A DNA stretch of 64,000 nt from Negaprion brevirostris (lineage: Eukaryota): the NCBI GenBank assembly GCA_030324005.1, contig JARDVH010000167.1, positions 15,524,821 through 15,588,820 of the forward strand, given 5' to 3'. Of the stretch, positions 1 through 13,339 are shown in pieces. Under the pieces are notes generated by a model. It saw nothing but the letters and a program-made list of their open reading frames with translations. It was not told the origin of the DNA and searched no databases. The position numbers were made by a program, and so were the translations under genes. How positions within the stretch are numbered: position 1 is the first letter of the stretch; each line of letters begins with the position of its first letter.

Positions 1-840
1 TTAATGTAATTTATATAATTGACGAATAATAGGGGGCCCAACACAGACCCCTGTGGTACGCCATTGGACACTGGCTTCCAGTCACTAAAGCAGCCTTCTG
101 TTGTCACCCTCTGTCTCCTACAACTGAGCCAATTTTGAATCAACTTCATCAACTTGCCCAGTAACCCTGAATTTATCTTCTTTACAATTCTCCCATGTGG
201 GACCTTATGAAAAGCTTTGCTGAAATCCATATAAATTGCATTGACTGCACTACTCATGCCGAACAATTTTATCCAATTTGTTAGGCATGACTTCGCTCTG
301 ACAAAGCCATGCTGACTATCCCTGATCGAGCTTTGCCTCGCCAAGTGGAAATAGATGCTCTCCTTCAGAAGTTTCTCCAATAGTTTTCCTATCACTGAGG
401 TGAGATTCACTGGTTTGTAGTTCCCTGGTTTATCTCCATAACCCTTGTCAAATAGTGGAATTCATTAGCTGTTCTCCAGTTGTCTGGCACCTCCCCTGTG
501 GCCAAAGAGGAATTGGAAATTTGGGCCAGGGCCTCTGAGGTCTACTCCCTTGCCTCCCTCAGTAGCTGAGGGCACAATTCATCTGGAGATTTATCCACTT
601 TGAGACTCCCAACACTCCCACTACCTTGTCCTTCTCTATGTCAGTTTGCTCAAGAATCTTAGTCTTTCTGCCTGAATTCCATACTCTCGTCCTCATTCTC
701 TTGAATGAAGGTGGATGTGAAATATTCATTTAGCACTCCACCAATGTCCTCTGGCTTCACCCACATCTTGCCCCTTTGTCCCTAATGGGCCGAACTCTTT
801 CCCTGGTTATCCTGTTCCCATTGATATATTTATAGAATGA
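1..840 (-). mobile_element. CR1-clade LINE ORF2 (RT) fragment, decayed
   Basis: Reverse-strand motifs GVPQGSVLGP (~33-62), YMDFSKAFHKV (~201-233), SQHGF (~303-318) and PGNYKPV (~407-428). Confidence 0.85.
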
Positions 841-1566
841 ATTTGAAAGCTTGAATGTGGTTTGCAAAACTGGAAACTTGTGAAAATCTTGTTGAAGAAG
901 TTGATCAAGACTGATGGAATCAAATGCTTTGAAATCCTGTGGAATTTGTTTGTGTTTACTATATGGGTTCCAGCAATTGATTGTCAGGAGTAAACAGTGA
1001 GGATGTCACTTAGCAATTTGGTATTAACCTGAGGATTCACAAGTATGAAATAAAAGGAAAAGCAGTGGGCTTTAGTGGTAAGTGCCTCAGAAGTGCTGAA
1101 AGAAGGGAGAATTGTTGAGTTGAACTGTTTTATCGTCTAGAGATCTTGTTAGGAATTCATTTAAGTTATGTGGCAAATATTCATTTCAGAATGTTGGGAA
1201 TGGAGGGTAATGTTCCTCGAAGTTCAAAAAGGGGAAGGATAGAAAGACAAAGAGAGGAGCATTTAAAGGAGTTTTTGTATTTATGGAAGCAGTATTCAAA
1301 GTTTTATAGAATTCAACATTGTTGAGAAAAGAGTGAGGAAAGTAAGATTTTTGGAACTTTGGAAATGGATAATGGGAAATCCAGTGAAATCTAGAGGATT
1401 GGGCAAAGAGTATCAACAGAAGCAGAATGAAGGTTGCAGCAATCCAAAGTAAGTGATTGTGGTTCTATTCTTGAGAAACGTAACAAAAATTGTCCTTGGA
1501 AGGATTATAAGAAGCAAGATTTTTACTGTCCCACTTTATGAAGTCCTACGTTTGCACTCAGTCAAA

Positions 1567-1824
1567 CATAGAACCATAGAGCCCTTCGGCCCATCAAGTC
1601 TGCACCGAACACAATCCCACCCAGGCTCTACCCCTATATCCCTACATAGACCCACTAATTTCTCTAACCTACGCATCTCTGGACGCGAAGGTGCAATTTC
1701 TTACAATGGCCAATCAACCTAACCTGCACATCTTTGGACTGTGGGAGGAAACCAGAGTACCCGGAGGAAACCCACACAGACACGAGGAGAATGTGCAAAT
1801 TCCAAACAGTGTGTTCACACAGAC
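1567..1824 (-). mobile_element. V-SINE/HE1-type shark SINE, 5'-truncated
   Basis: Reverse V-domain core (ggactgtgggaggaaaccagagtacccggaggaaacccacacagacacg) and CR1-type tail (catagaaccatagag...ttcggcccatc). Confidence 0.85.
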
Positions 1825-1829
1825 AAAAT

Positions 1830-2200
1830 CAAGCAGTGTCTTGATTTTAAAATTTTCATCCTTGTTTTCAATTACCTCCATGTCTTTGCCCCTCCCTACC
1901 TCTGCCATTTTTTTGCAGCCTCAGAATCTTCCAAGATAGCTGCGCTCCTCTTGACAACTCCCACTTTTAATTGCCGCACTATTGGTGGCTGTGCTTACAG
2001 TTGCCTGGCCCCAACCTGTGGAATTCCTGCCCTGTACCACTCAGCCTCTCCATTTTGTCATTCCTCCTTGAAGACACTCCTTTCTCCTTTAAGACCTATC
2101 TCTTTGACCAAAATTATCATCTGATCTAACATGTCCTTATGTGATTCAATGTTTTGAGTTTTTTTTTCTGTTTGATGTTTATAAGTATATGTTGTTGTTA
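1830..2200 (+). mobile_element. L2-like LINE 3' fragment, old
   Basis: Resembles an L2 3' end (ttttaaaattttcatccttgttttcaa...ccactattggtggctgtgc-like...tggaattcc...tccttgaagacactcct...ctctttgacca). Related segments lie at ~20060-20420, ~36600-37220 and ~48600-49270. Confidence 0.55.
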
Positions 2201-3253
2201 ATTATCTAATAATTCATCATCATAAGAGACTGATGCTTGTGGCGACTGAGGGTCAACAGACTTAAAGAAGTTGTGAATGCAAAGTGGAATGATTAGTAAA
2301 TGAATAAACACTGGTAAATGGAAGAGGTTATTCATGTGAGGGAAGAACAGAAATGACAGCATGGGGAAATAGGGGGAAAAAAAGAGGATTGGAGAATGAG
2401 CCATCAACAGTAGCGTACAGGTAGAACAATTTGAGAGGAATCTGGCTAGTATAGACACGGCTTGATTTTTCAAAGTGCCAGACTCTTGTCAAATGTGTTG
2501 GAGCTGAAAACACGCATGATTCACTGCTGTGTTCCAAGGGTCATAACAATGAGCCAAAAAGGTCAGCTTCCTCTTTAGGAGAGCACGTAATTGCACTATT
2601 AGGGTGGAGGAGGAATGTCAAGGATTCACAACAGTCAGGAGAGATTGATAAGGTCCTGCAAGTTAATGCTGAAGCAGCAGGAAGGCAATATTTGATGCTT
2701 CTCTTCATGTTGAATCTGTAAAGCAGTTCGAAGATCAAATTTACAGAAATTGCTGCAGGGTGCCATATCCTGAGCAAATCACTAGTTGTCATGGGCATGA
2801 TTTTACATTCAGCTATGCTATTTCCGCTTAAAATGTGCAAGTTGAAGGTGGAGTTGGAAATGACTCTGTTTTCATGTGTTTGGAAGCTGCAGTGACCCAG
2901 TGAATGCAGGAGGTGAGTGAGAATAGAGATGATTGGGTAGTTGCCATTCTGTTATACTCCAGGTGTGCAAAATCATCTGCAGCGATACACGTGCCAACTT
3001 TGACATGAATTTCAAGCCCTGAGTATAAATGGGACCTTTTGGTTTTATTCAGCCCAGTGTAGATATTAGAGTGCAACTTTAGAGATGTGCCAGTTACAAA
3101 GCGTCGAAATGCAGCAGGCTTTCAAGAAACTCTTTTTGTTCAGTCGAAGCAGTACATTGAGTGTTTATAGACAGTGGTCAGCGGTGAGATATTGTCAGTA
3201 TCTCTGCTTCCCATACAGATGTTAACACCAACCAAAGTGCCTTGCGGGGTTGT

Positions 3254-3275
3254 TGTGTGTGTGTGTGTGTGTGTG
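3254..3275. repeat. (TG)n microsatellite
   Basis: Directly visible TG dinucleotide run. Confidence 0.95.
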
Positions 3276-6271
3276 GGGCTGGTCAGCTGCACTTCTGAAG
3301 ATATTTGATGCTGTTTCTAATCTTCCTAATCTCTTCTCTTTTAAGCTTGATGCAAAGGAGGATTTATTTTTATATTGGGGAGTTTTTGCTGTCGCTGTTC
3401 CGATGACATGACTTAATATTCGGTCTTGGCGTTGGTTCACATCGCCTGTTCTCTCTGCCGCCCCCTCCCCTTCGGAGGTTGCAGGTTTTCATTAATACGT
3501 AGTCAGTTATTCTTTCTCTGTGCTGACACTACAGTGCCTATTGACATTTATAAAGGCAGAAAACATGTTGCTGTTGCTAATTTTTCTGAGCAATGAGTGT
3601 TTGGTTCTGTTTTAATTGAATGAGAATTGATGTAAAGTCCTAAGCTGTGCTATTGCCTTCTGCTTGGGACATGCTGATGTAAAGTTACCTTCAATATTTC
3701 AGTTGTGTGCCATATTCAAGATCATGTGACAGATAATGTGTGATAATGCATACTGGCAATTTGTGTTACTGTACCACGCCATTATAAACTTAGCGGGAAA
3801 TTGTAATCATTAAAAGGGACATGTTCTGCTTGTCAGGGGTGAGCGAGTATTCCACTGGTCCTCATGGATGCCCACTGATGAGTTGAATGTAAACAAAGTT
3901 CGGTTTTGCCAGGTAAATGTGAGTGACAAAGTTGCAGAGGCGAGCAAGGGAAAGTAACTATTAAAACTTGATCAATTCAGGAGAAATTGCTGTGGTGTGA
4001 CATTGTTTAAGATGAAAAATCTGACTGCCAACGTGCAACAGGAATCAGTGACCATGTACTGATTTGCCTTCAGTGCTGAAAAAAAAGACGTTGTATTTGA
4101 TGGTAGCTACAGTGGCTACATTAGTTTGCATCGTGTTGTGACATGGAATGTTGTCCCCTAGTTGCAGTTGCTTTTCCTGATGACACTGAATCATAATGAA
4201 AAAGACTTTGGTGGTATCACACTCCTCTGTAACCAAGAGGGAAGAGAACCCGTACTGAAACCATTTGGTGTTAGAATTTTGTTGTAAACCAGTGATTGGT
4301 GCTCCAGTAGTACAGGTATGAGTCAACTTCAAGTTTGGTCTGTTTGTTTGTGGGGAGTTAGCTCCTGGTTTATCCAACAAACGTGGCTGTAAATGATGGA
4401 GTTTTGCATCAATCCTGTTACTTTTGAGTTGCCTCATGTTAGTTTGAGGCTCCATCTCTTGTCATTTGTTTCCATTGATGTTCTGAACCAGCCATTCCAG
4501 GTGAGTTGTCCATCTGGGAAAGCACTTATTTTGCAGAGGACTGGGAAAATGCAAAACCTTCAATTGAATTTTGACGACAAAACTGCACAGCCCAGTGAAG
4601 TGTGATGAAGGCACCAGTTACCTGTAGCTGAAAAAGGGTGAGAAAGAATGTAGAGCAAGCTGGAGGAATATGATGAATGAGTGAATAACAGACCCAATAT
4701 GGTTAGACAATTCTTCTGTATCGAGAAAAGAACTTATGATAAACCTGAAAGGCTTTTATCTCAAAGTTAGAAAATGTCCAATGAATAACAGGTTGTAAAT
4801 CTTTTATCCTTGTTATGTAAGTTCCGTGCGCAGAAGTAGTTTGATTTTGTGACAATCCTGAATTCTGATAAATTTGCTTATTTAATAAGAACTGGGGAAA
4901 AATATGACATGTTCTAAGTTGGACATGTATTTGGATGAAAATTATAAGAGTGAAATATATAAGATTACTGTTGTCTTGAATTTACATATTGTTTTGTTTT
5001 GAATTTAAGTTGTTCCAGAGAATACATTGTGAGCCATGGTAAACCATTGAATATTAATGGTCACTCCTCACTGACGGTAATAGATTTGAAGAATTAAGAA
5101 TATCATAGAAGTACATTACTTCACGTTTGAGTGACGTTTTCTCTCTTTGCACCAATATGCATTAGGCATGATGATAATGTTAGTTATAATTAAGATTTAC
5201 ATTGGAGTGAGGGTGAATGGACCAAGAGGAAGCTCCTTTTGGATTGGTATTTGGACAGATTCAGGAGTTCTTAATATTAAAAGAAAAGGAAAATAGGTGT
5301 TCCCTCCCACTGTCAAGGCTGCTCACCTTTACTTGTCAGTTTACCTCCCTTAGTGTTGTTGATACCATTCCATGCTGGGCTCACAGCAAGATTGCAATTG
5401 GAGCTTATTAATTGAGTAGATTTAATTGGTCTGACTGAGAACCTATGAAAACTGGAGAGATAAATCTGGTTGGATGAAAGACCTTTCCCCTGCTCCTGCT
5501 TGGACAGGCTTCAACTGTGTTCAACTTACAGGCTGACAAAATCAAACAGAAAATTATGCACATGCCTTATATTGTACCTGGTGAGAGGGAGATAAATGCT
5601 CAGGAGGTAGCAGGGTTTTTCTGAGACCGAGGGAAGCCCTTATTTGATGTGGCAAATAGATTTGAAAGTGAGTTCTGCATGATCCAAAGTTCACAATAGT
5701 ATGTTGATCAATGTTTGCATTTGGTAAATGAATGGAGAAGATCGCTTTGTTGCTTTTGACTGATGAAGGTGAAACGGAAATGTATCCAGAGTTTATGGTG
5801 GGCCATTTGAATTTGGTTATAAGGATCATAAAATATGTTTGACAGATTATAAGCTTGCCAGGCTCTTCATTTTGGTTATGGGAAGAGTTGACTAAGTTGA
5901 CAAGTTTTACTGATTGAGAGCAGGAGTATGAACAGGCAGAGAATAATTGTAATGAGCCAAGCTGGTCAGTGCATTGGTGCACTGATTGGCAGAATGTGGC
6001 TGACTTCCCCATCTCGGTGACCAAGCGGAGGTGGGGTACTTTCCCCACCAAAATCAATGACATTAAGAGGCTTTCATGCACTAATGAACATTTTACATTG
6101 TCGGAGATTCAGTATCAAGTAGTTTGCCACACTTGAGTTATCGGCATGCGCTTGCAATTGAGATGCACTGAACCTAAAAGAGGGTAAAGTGTTGGAAAGC
6201 CATAAATGAAGCACTTAGGTCCTCAGATATCTTTTGTAAATGCAGAAATTGTAGATTTATAATTAAAAATT

Positions 6272-6680
6272 CTGCTTTTCTGTAGTGCTTTTCACAACCT
6301 CAGGACGTTCCAAAGCACTTCACAGCCAATTAATTACATTTGAAATGTAATCTCTCTTGCAATGTGCTAAATGTGGCATCCAATTTGTACGCAGTAATGA
6401 ACCACAAGCAGCATCATGACATGGACCAGATTAATTGTTTATTGATGCAACAGTTAATACACTTCAAAAGTACTTCACTGGTTGTAAAACACTTCGGGAT
6501 GTCCTGAAGTCGTGAAAGTTGCCATATAAATCCTGGTTCTTTTTTTATTGAGGGGTGAATATTGGTCGGGACAATTGGGAGAAGTATCCCTACTCTGTTC
6601 AACAGTAGCCTGGGATCTCCCCGGTACATGAGACGGCAAACTGGACCTTGATTTAATATCTCCTCCCAAAGCAATAAATA
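6272..6680 (-). mobile_element. DeuSINE/SacSINE-like SINE (minus) with an oppositely oriented tail fragment of the same family at ~6450-6548
   Basis: Minus-strand tail ttttcacaacctcaggacgttccaaagcacttcacagccaat and plus-strand tail tacacttcaaaagtacttcactggttgtaaaacacttcgggatgtcctgaagtcgtgaaag. A Deu-like core (ttgaggggtgaatattgg...ttgatttaatatctcctcc) follows. Confidence 0.6.
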
Positions 6681-7312
6681 ACCCAAGCAATCTGGTCCTC
6701 CCAGTTATAATCATTTAATGCTTTGAATAAAATCTAAACATGTATTAAGAAAGATCTGGTTGGGTGAAGTGAAAAGCATTGCTAATCATATCCATGATGT
6801 TCAGTTTGATCAACCAACACACTTCTTTCCTGTTGGCTTGTTGAGAAGAAGTGATTGAGGTTGTAAAGGTTAGGTTCCACTGACATTTGATTGTGGAATT
6901 GTGGAATAGTGTAGGACAGAAAGGGACCACTTAACCCGCTGAATTTGTTCTGGTTCTTATGGAAAGTTCTCTTTCCTAACTTTTTATCAATATTCCTGCA
7001 ACTTTTTTACTCTTTGAAGTATTTAATCAATTCTTTTGATGGCTAATGTTGAATCAGGCAGCAGATTCCAAATCCATATCATTCAGTGCATAAAAGGGTT
7101 TCTCCTTGTCACCTCTGTTTTTTCTTTGCCACTCACCTTAAGTTTGTAGACCGTGAGAAGGCATTTGAGATCATTGATCAACACATGCCGTGGAAGTTGA
7201 TGGTGAGATACAGCATCGAGGGGAAACTAATCCCCCTCGTGAAGCATACCTATGTTGAGTTTCGCACAGCGCAACTTTCTTTGAATTCCATGTGCAAACT
7301 GGTGTGAGAACT

Positions 7313-7630
7313 GGCAGCACAGTGGTTAGCACTGCTGTCTCACAGTGGCAGGGACCCGGATTCAATTCCAGCCTCAGGTGACTGTGCTGAATTTGCACAT
7401 TCTCCATGTCTGCATGGGTTTCCTCCGCGTGCTCTGGTTTCCTCCCACAGTTCAAAGGTATGTGGGTTAGGTTGGTTGGCTGTGGTAAATTGCACCATAA
7501 TGTAAGGGTGAATAGCAGGGTAAATATGTGAGGTTGAGGAGATAGGGCCTGAGTGGGATTGTGGTCAGTGCAGACTTAATGGGCCGAATGGCTTCCTTCT
7601 GCACTGTTGGGATTCTATGATTCTATTCTA
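7313..7630 (+). mobile_element. V-SINE/HE1-type SINE, near full length
   Basis: tRNA-like head with A-box (ggcagcacagtggttagcactgc) and B-box (ggattcaattcc), V-core gggtttcctcc...ggtttcctcccacag, and tail gggccgaatggc...ttctatgattcta. Confidence 0.9.
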
Positions 7631-7644
7631 TAAAAAGTCTGTTT

Positions 7645-8160
7645 GATGTCACCATTCCTATTTTTTCTCACAATTGTTTTGATTTTGAGACAAAACATCA
7701 GACAGAAGAAATGGCATACAATGGATCCTCACAGAACAGCTGGAAGATTTAGACTTCGCGGATTATTTTGCTTTATTATCACACAATCACACACAGATGC
7801 AAGATATAACTTATTACTTGATGCAAGTATAAGCCAAAGGTAGCCTCAACATCAGTATAGAGAAAACAAAGATGCTGCGGTAAACATCAGAGGTAACAAC
7901 TTGATTAAGATAAGGAACACCAGACTGGTTGAAGACATGACTTTTACCTATTTGGCTAGTGTTGCAAGTACGACTGATGGGACTGACGAGAATGTAAAGA
8001 TCATGGGAAGGCAGGAGCAGCACCCATCACCCCCAACACCTGGCAATCAAGAGAAATCATCAATGCCACAAAACTAAAGATCTTCAATGTCAATGTAAAG
8101 TCTATTCTCCTTTATGGCTTCAAAACCTGGAGGACCATCAGAACAAAATCAATCAAAATC
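7645..8160 (+). mobile_element. RTE-clade LINE RT fragment, decayed
   Basis: Across frameshifts: SPFLF, RNGIQW, LEDLDFADYFALLSHNHTQMQD (FADD-type catalytic motif), LNISIEKTKML, FTYLASV and TKLKIFNVNVKSILLYGFKTWR. Confidence 0.8.
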
Positions 8161-8189
8161 CAATACCCCCCATCCCCTGTATGGACTGG

Positions 8190-8575
8190 CCAAGCAGGTT
8201 GAGACACTACTCATTTGAACTTAAAAAAATGAGAGGTCATCTCATTGAAACATATATGATTCTTAAAGGACTTCACAGGGTAAATGCTGTCAGGATGTTC
8301 CCACTCATGGGAGAATCTAGGATCAGAGGGCATAGTCTCAGAATAAAGGGGTACCAATTTAAGACAAATGAGGATGAATTTCTTCTTCGAGGGTTGTAAG
8401 TCTTGAGATCTCCTTGCTATAGAGAGCTGTGGGACAGAGTCATTGTTTATATTTAAAGCTGAGATAGTTTTTTTGATAAATCAGGGAATTGAGTTACGTG
8501 GAAGGGGCAGGAAAGTGGGGTGAGTAATGTCGGATCAGCTGTGATCCTGTTGAATGACAGACCTAACTGGTCCTT
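8190..8575 (+). mobile_element. CR1 LINE 3' end
   Basis: YSFELKKMRGHLIETYMILKGLHRVNAVRMFPLMGESRIRGHSLRIKG is the typical CR1 ORF2 C-terminus. Confidence 0.85.
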
Positions 8576-9129
8576 AAAAACTGCTGAGAGTTACTCAGAG
8601 GATTAACAAACAACCCCTTTCTCACCGTCTCTCCCAAGTCACTGACCGTTCTGAATCGCCGCTTCTGTTCTGAACCCTCTCTTTCTCACCTCCTCTCCCA
8701 CATAGAGCTGATGCAGTAAATCCCACATATCTGCTTGGATAGCATCAGTCAAGTTCCATGAAAGGAATAATTAAGTCAAATTGTGCCTCAGAAGAAAATA
8801 TTGGTGCCCACACTGTATGTCGAAGTGCTCATGCACTAAGTTTCTCAAATGGTAGCTCCTTTTCTCCTACTTCTGGAATGCATTTTTGTCACGCACTGGA
8901 ATTGGGGGAGCTGCCAGCCAATTACCTGTAGCTTTACGCCAGCCACATCGAATGAGATCAAGTACCAATGGAAATTGCGCTTTACAAAGCATCACTGGAC
9001 AGAGCCAATGTACATGTGTGGCATTAATAACCAAGTGTGTAGCATTTGATAGACTAATGTGCAGCCACGCAGGCTGTGTGCACAATGGCATCTCAAAGAG
9101 TTCAAATGAACCAATTCCTTGAAGTCAAG

Positions 9130-9685
9130 GACACAAAAGAAACATAACAAGCACTCGGTTTTATTTCTGAAGGAATAGAATTGTAAAGTATGGTAGACTT
9201 GTATCAGACCTTGGTGAGACCACCCTGAGCAGGTCATTTATATTATAGAAAGGATAGACAGGTATTGGAGAGGACGCTTAGAGGATTATAAGATGAGCTC
9301 AGAAATATGTCAGGGAAGAATTGATAGCCTGCGTCTCTTGTCTCTTGAAAAATGGTGGCTGAAGTGGTGAGAAGTCTTTGAGCAAATGTTTCCGTGGAAA
9401 AGTGCATGATGAGAGACAGTCAATATAAGGTAGTCAACTAGAATTCCAAAAGGGAATGCAGGAGAATAGTAGGGAACAATAGATACCACTTCAAAGTGTG
9501 AAGAAAATGTGGAACTTGGTACCACGGAGTGAATATGAGTGAGAAGGGAGTAGCATTTACTCTAGCACAATATAGATGATTTTAGATGTGAAAGATGAGA
9601 GAAGGCTGGACTGAAGCATAAACACCAATGTGGACCAGGTGGGCAGAATGGCATGTTCCTGTGCCATATATTCCAAGTAATCCTG
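9130..9685 (+). mobile_element. CR1 LINE 3' fragment, old
   Basis: Contains tatcagaccttggtgagaccacc (LY.LVRP-type region) and a tail resembling gggcagaatggcatgttcctgtgc. Confidence 0.6.
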
Positions 9686-11018
9686 TTATGTTTTGTGGGT
9701 TGCCTTTGGCTTGAGCACTGGCAGCATGTCTATATATAATTAGGAATAAATGTGAGATTGTNNNNNNNNNNNNNNNNNNNNNNNNGACATAGTAAACATG
9801 CAAGCATTCAGGTAGGGTGTGTTGATTTGAATTTGGCAGACCAGTGATTTTATATTGTGAACCATTGGCTTTTTTGAAATCCTGTGTTTCCTGTCCAGTG
9901 GCTGCAAACACCTTTGACTTTCGTTGAGATTTCCTGACTCTGAAACATTATCTTTTGGGTTGTACGTTTCTATTTTCAGCCAACTTCATGGTGGTCTGTG
10001 ATGTATTTTTTTTCACTCTGAATCTCTACTTGTGAGGCCAACAGTAATTTGCATCACACTTGAGGGAATAAACCTTGCAAAAACCCAAACAGCCCTCAAG
10101 AACTCTTGTCAATTGCTGACAGTGTTTGGTCTGAGTATTGTGTTTGATGCACCTATTTAATTAAGACTGATGTTATTTTTTCCTCTTCCTTGTGAGACTT
10201 GAAAGGGCTTTGTTATGTGATAGAGATTCATAACAGCCATAATGTTTCCTTTGCAGGAATTCAGGCGTGCTTTGATCATTGTGACTTTTAACTTGCTATT
10301 ACTCTGGAAGAGAAAAGGAAGTTGTGCCCACCTGTCTGGGGCTCATTTCTTTTGGGGGCAGACTCTTGTTTTGTCCCGTGGAGGAATTGGAAGTTAGACA
10401 AGGTTATAGCCACTATATGAAATCAAACCAAAGTCAAAACAATCCATTGTATAGATTAGAGTCCCAGAGGACAATATTTTTTGCCCACTAATGACAAAGT
10501 TTTGGAAATCTTTATTAAAATACTAGTTTTAGCTTAGCGATTCACACTCATTTGTAGCAATGACTATTCACAGTTTAGTTTTGCTAACTTTGTGTGGTCT
10601 CGCATCACTAAATTATGAGCTCACAGGTGAGGATCATAAAATAACATAATCATGTTTCTGCTGGCTCTTTGACATGTATTTCCATCAAGAATTTATGTAA
10701 TTCTCCTTTAAAAGTTACTATTTGGGACACGCGTTTTGGGAATGTGCTTCAGATAATGCATTCCAGATTAGAACAACTCAGTGTTTTTTAAAACAAAATG
10801 TTCTCCTGTTGCTTCTGTTTCTTTCTCCAAGCACCTTAAAACTGTGTTCTTTGATTAGTTTTTTAAAAATCGCCAGACCTTTCTGGTCCTTCTTCAAAGA
10901 ACTCAATCAAATGTTATGATTCCCGTGGCGACCACTAATGTGAAAGAATCTCACTTCCGAAAAGATCCCAACGGGAAATCAATGATGGAAGAAATCTCAC
11001 TTTTTAAAACATGTTATT

Positions 11019-11366
11019 ACAGAATCCCTGTCGTGCAGCAGGAGGCCATTTAGCCCATCGAATTTGCACTGATTCACTCACTGAACCTGACCCAGGCCGC
11101 CTACCTTGCCTGAACCCTGTAATCTTGCACACTGGCTAATTCCCCTAACCTACACATCTTTGGACACTAAAGGGCAATTTAGCATAGTTAAACCACCTAG
11201 CCTACACATCTTTGGATTGTGGGAGCAAACCAGAACATCCGGAGGAAGCCCAAGCAGACACGGGGAAAACCTACAAATTCCACACAGTCAGCCAAGGCTG
11301 GAATTGAACCCGGGTCCCTGGCGCGGTGAGGGAGCAGTGCTAACCACTGTGCCACCATGCTGTCCC
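11019..11366 (-). mobile_element. V-SINE/HE1-type SINE, near full length
   Basis: Reverse head ggaattgaacccgggtccctggcgcggtgagggagcagtgctaaccactgtgccacc, V-core and CR1-type tail. Confidence 0.9.
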
Positions 11367-12059
11367 AATGTAACAATCAAACCATAATCATCATAAATTA
11401 AACTGGAATTAGTTTCATGAATGGGCGAATTGTCTTCAGTAGAAGCTATAAGTTGCACTTCACATAGCTGATACAACAAAATAAATCCTATGGATTTCCC
11501 AGCTGGTCCACTCAGCATGAATGCATCAATCTTCACGTCAAAGCCCTTAAAATGACTTGCCTTCCTTATGAAGAATTCCGGTTGCTCTGCTAACAGGATT
11601 TAACCTGAGCCCCTGCTGACACCTAACTTGAATTCTGTGGGCATGGTCTTCACCAAAAATGGCATACCTCTGCAGAAGATTCTCAACTCTGCTAATGATG
11701 GCCTTGATGGCATGATTCCAACAAAAGCAAGTGTGTATTTGCCTACTCCTGGATCCAGCCTCCATCATCTTCAGCCAGTCTGTGGTGCGCCACTGGATTA
11801 ACTAAGCTCAGTGGCTTCTATGTCTTTTATTTATTTCAACTGGTTATAATAACCCCAGAAACCTGAATCTTATGTTTCTGTTTGACTTCAGTCTTCCGAG
11901 ATGCTGAAAGGTTCAGCTTCTTTTGCTAATGGTGTCTGACTCAAAAAGAAACTGCTTTTGAAAGCGTGGATTCCAACACACAACTTCATCAAACACTATT
12001 TACCCTTAAATAAATCTGTGCAGACTTTTATTAGCCCTTATTTTTTCTAATGCCAATTT

Positions 12060-12865
12060 TATTTTGTGTAGTATTATTCTGTTTGAAAGTGTCTTCACAA
12101 TGATAGGCTGACTGGCTATAGTTGTATTGTTTATCCCTCTCCCCTTTTAATTAGGTTTGCAACATTGGCAGTTCTCCACTCTTCTGGCATCACCCTCATT
12201 CGGGGAAGAGTTGAAGACTCGAGCCTCCACAATTTCCAACTTTATTTCTACCGGTAACCCAGGATGCATCCCTTTTGTACTGTGACTTTTCTGCTTTGAG
12301 AGCTTTTAAGAATCTTTGTTTTTATCTTGCCTAACTAATATCATTTACAGTCCTACTGGCAAACATTGTTGAGTACTTATTTAGTACCCAGCCATGCCAC
12401 TTCCTTGATAAGATCTCCTTTTTAGTCCTTGATTGACTTCAGCCTTTCTTTAAGTACCCATTGTGTGTGACAAAATGTTGCTTTTCATGTTGGCCACTAT
12501 CTATTCTCATAGTCTCTCTTCTCCCCTTTTTTTGCATTTTTGAACCTCCTTTATACTGGTTATATTCAGCTTTGTTCTATGCTGCATAACAAACTTCTCA
12601 ATTGCCATATGCCTCAACTTTTCAGTTTCATTTTAACCTTTATATGGTTAGTCATCCAGGGAGTTCTAGCATTGGTTGCGCCTCCATTCCACCCCTGCTA
12701 GGAATGTGCCTTGTCACTTGCTGAATCATCTCTGCTTTGAAGGCCTCCATTCTTCAGCTACTATTTTACATCCCACTTTTTGATTCCTGAGCACCTGGGC
12801 AAGATTTCTTTTCGACTCGCTGAAGTTGGAGCCCCCTCACGTCCTCAATTTTATGCTTGATTGTG
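12060..12865 (-). mobile_element. CR1 ORF2 linker/RT-start fragment, old
   Basis: The reverse strand gives remnants such as NF..KRNLAQV, AEEWRPSK/AFK and GYSQSAY (NYRPVS region), typical of the CR1 EN-RT linker. Confidence 0.6.
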
Positions 12866-13339
12866 ATTGTGGTTATTTCTTACCAAATATCTCCCTGAAC
12901 ATTAAACAAAATGATATTCCACTATTTCCTTTCAAAAAGTGTAACCACGACCCTTGCTCCAAAAGACACAGTAAAAATCAGTCATAGATAGACGTGTGGA
13001 TTCTGTGATTATTCTAAATCTAGTGTTGGGTTGACTTGAGACTCAATTCTTTTTCACTGATTTAAGGACATTCCACGGATTAAAAAAGACAAAATTCCCT
13101 AACTTTGTTTTTCCCTCGCTTCTCTTTTTTAAAAAATGTGTACAGTGGTGTTCACATATGCAGGCTGTATCGAAGATTTTGCTTAAAATTAAGTGATGTT
13201 GCTGTGTCAACAAGGAATGTAACATTGAGTGTCAGTGTTGAAGTTCTGCTGACAGTGCTTTTCTGTGTCTAGGTCTATTCTTAGCTGATCGGTGTCATTC
13301 TCTTAAATTTTTAAAGGATTGGTGATACAGGGCAGGACA

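Noticed and set aside
1453-2124. Recurrent ORFs with LHIFGLWEETGAPGGNP-like peptides (also at 11106, 26146, 48017, 55619, 59652)
   Set aside because: These are translations of the V-SINE core, not a protein family.
5554-6081. 175-aa minus-strand ORF
   Set aside because: It has no recognisable domain and lies in what looks like a decayed L2-type region.
7313-7385. tRNA-like A/B boxes (also at 57770 and 59600)
   Set aside because: They are SINE heads with no complete cloverleaf, so not tRNA genes.
11547-11830. Coding-looking segment, possibly a LINE C-terminus
   Set aside because: I could not assign any motif in any frame.
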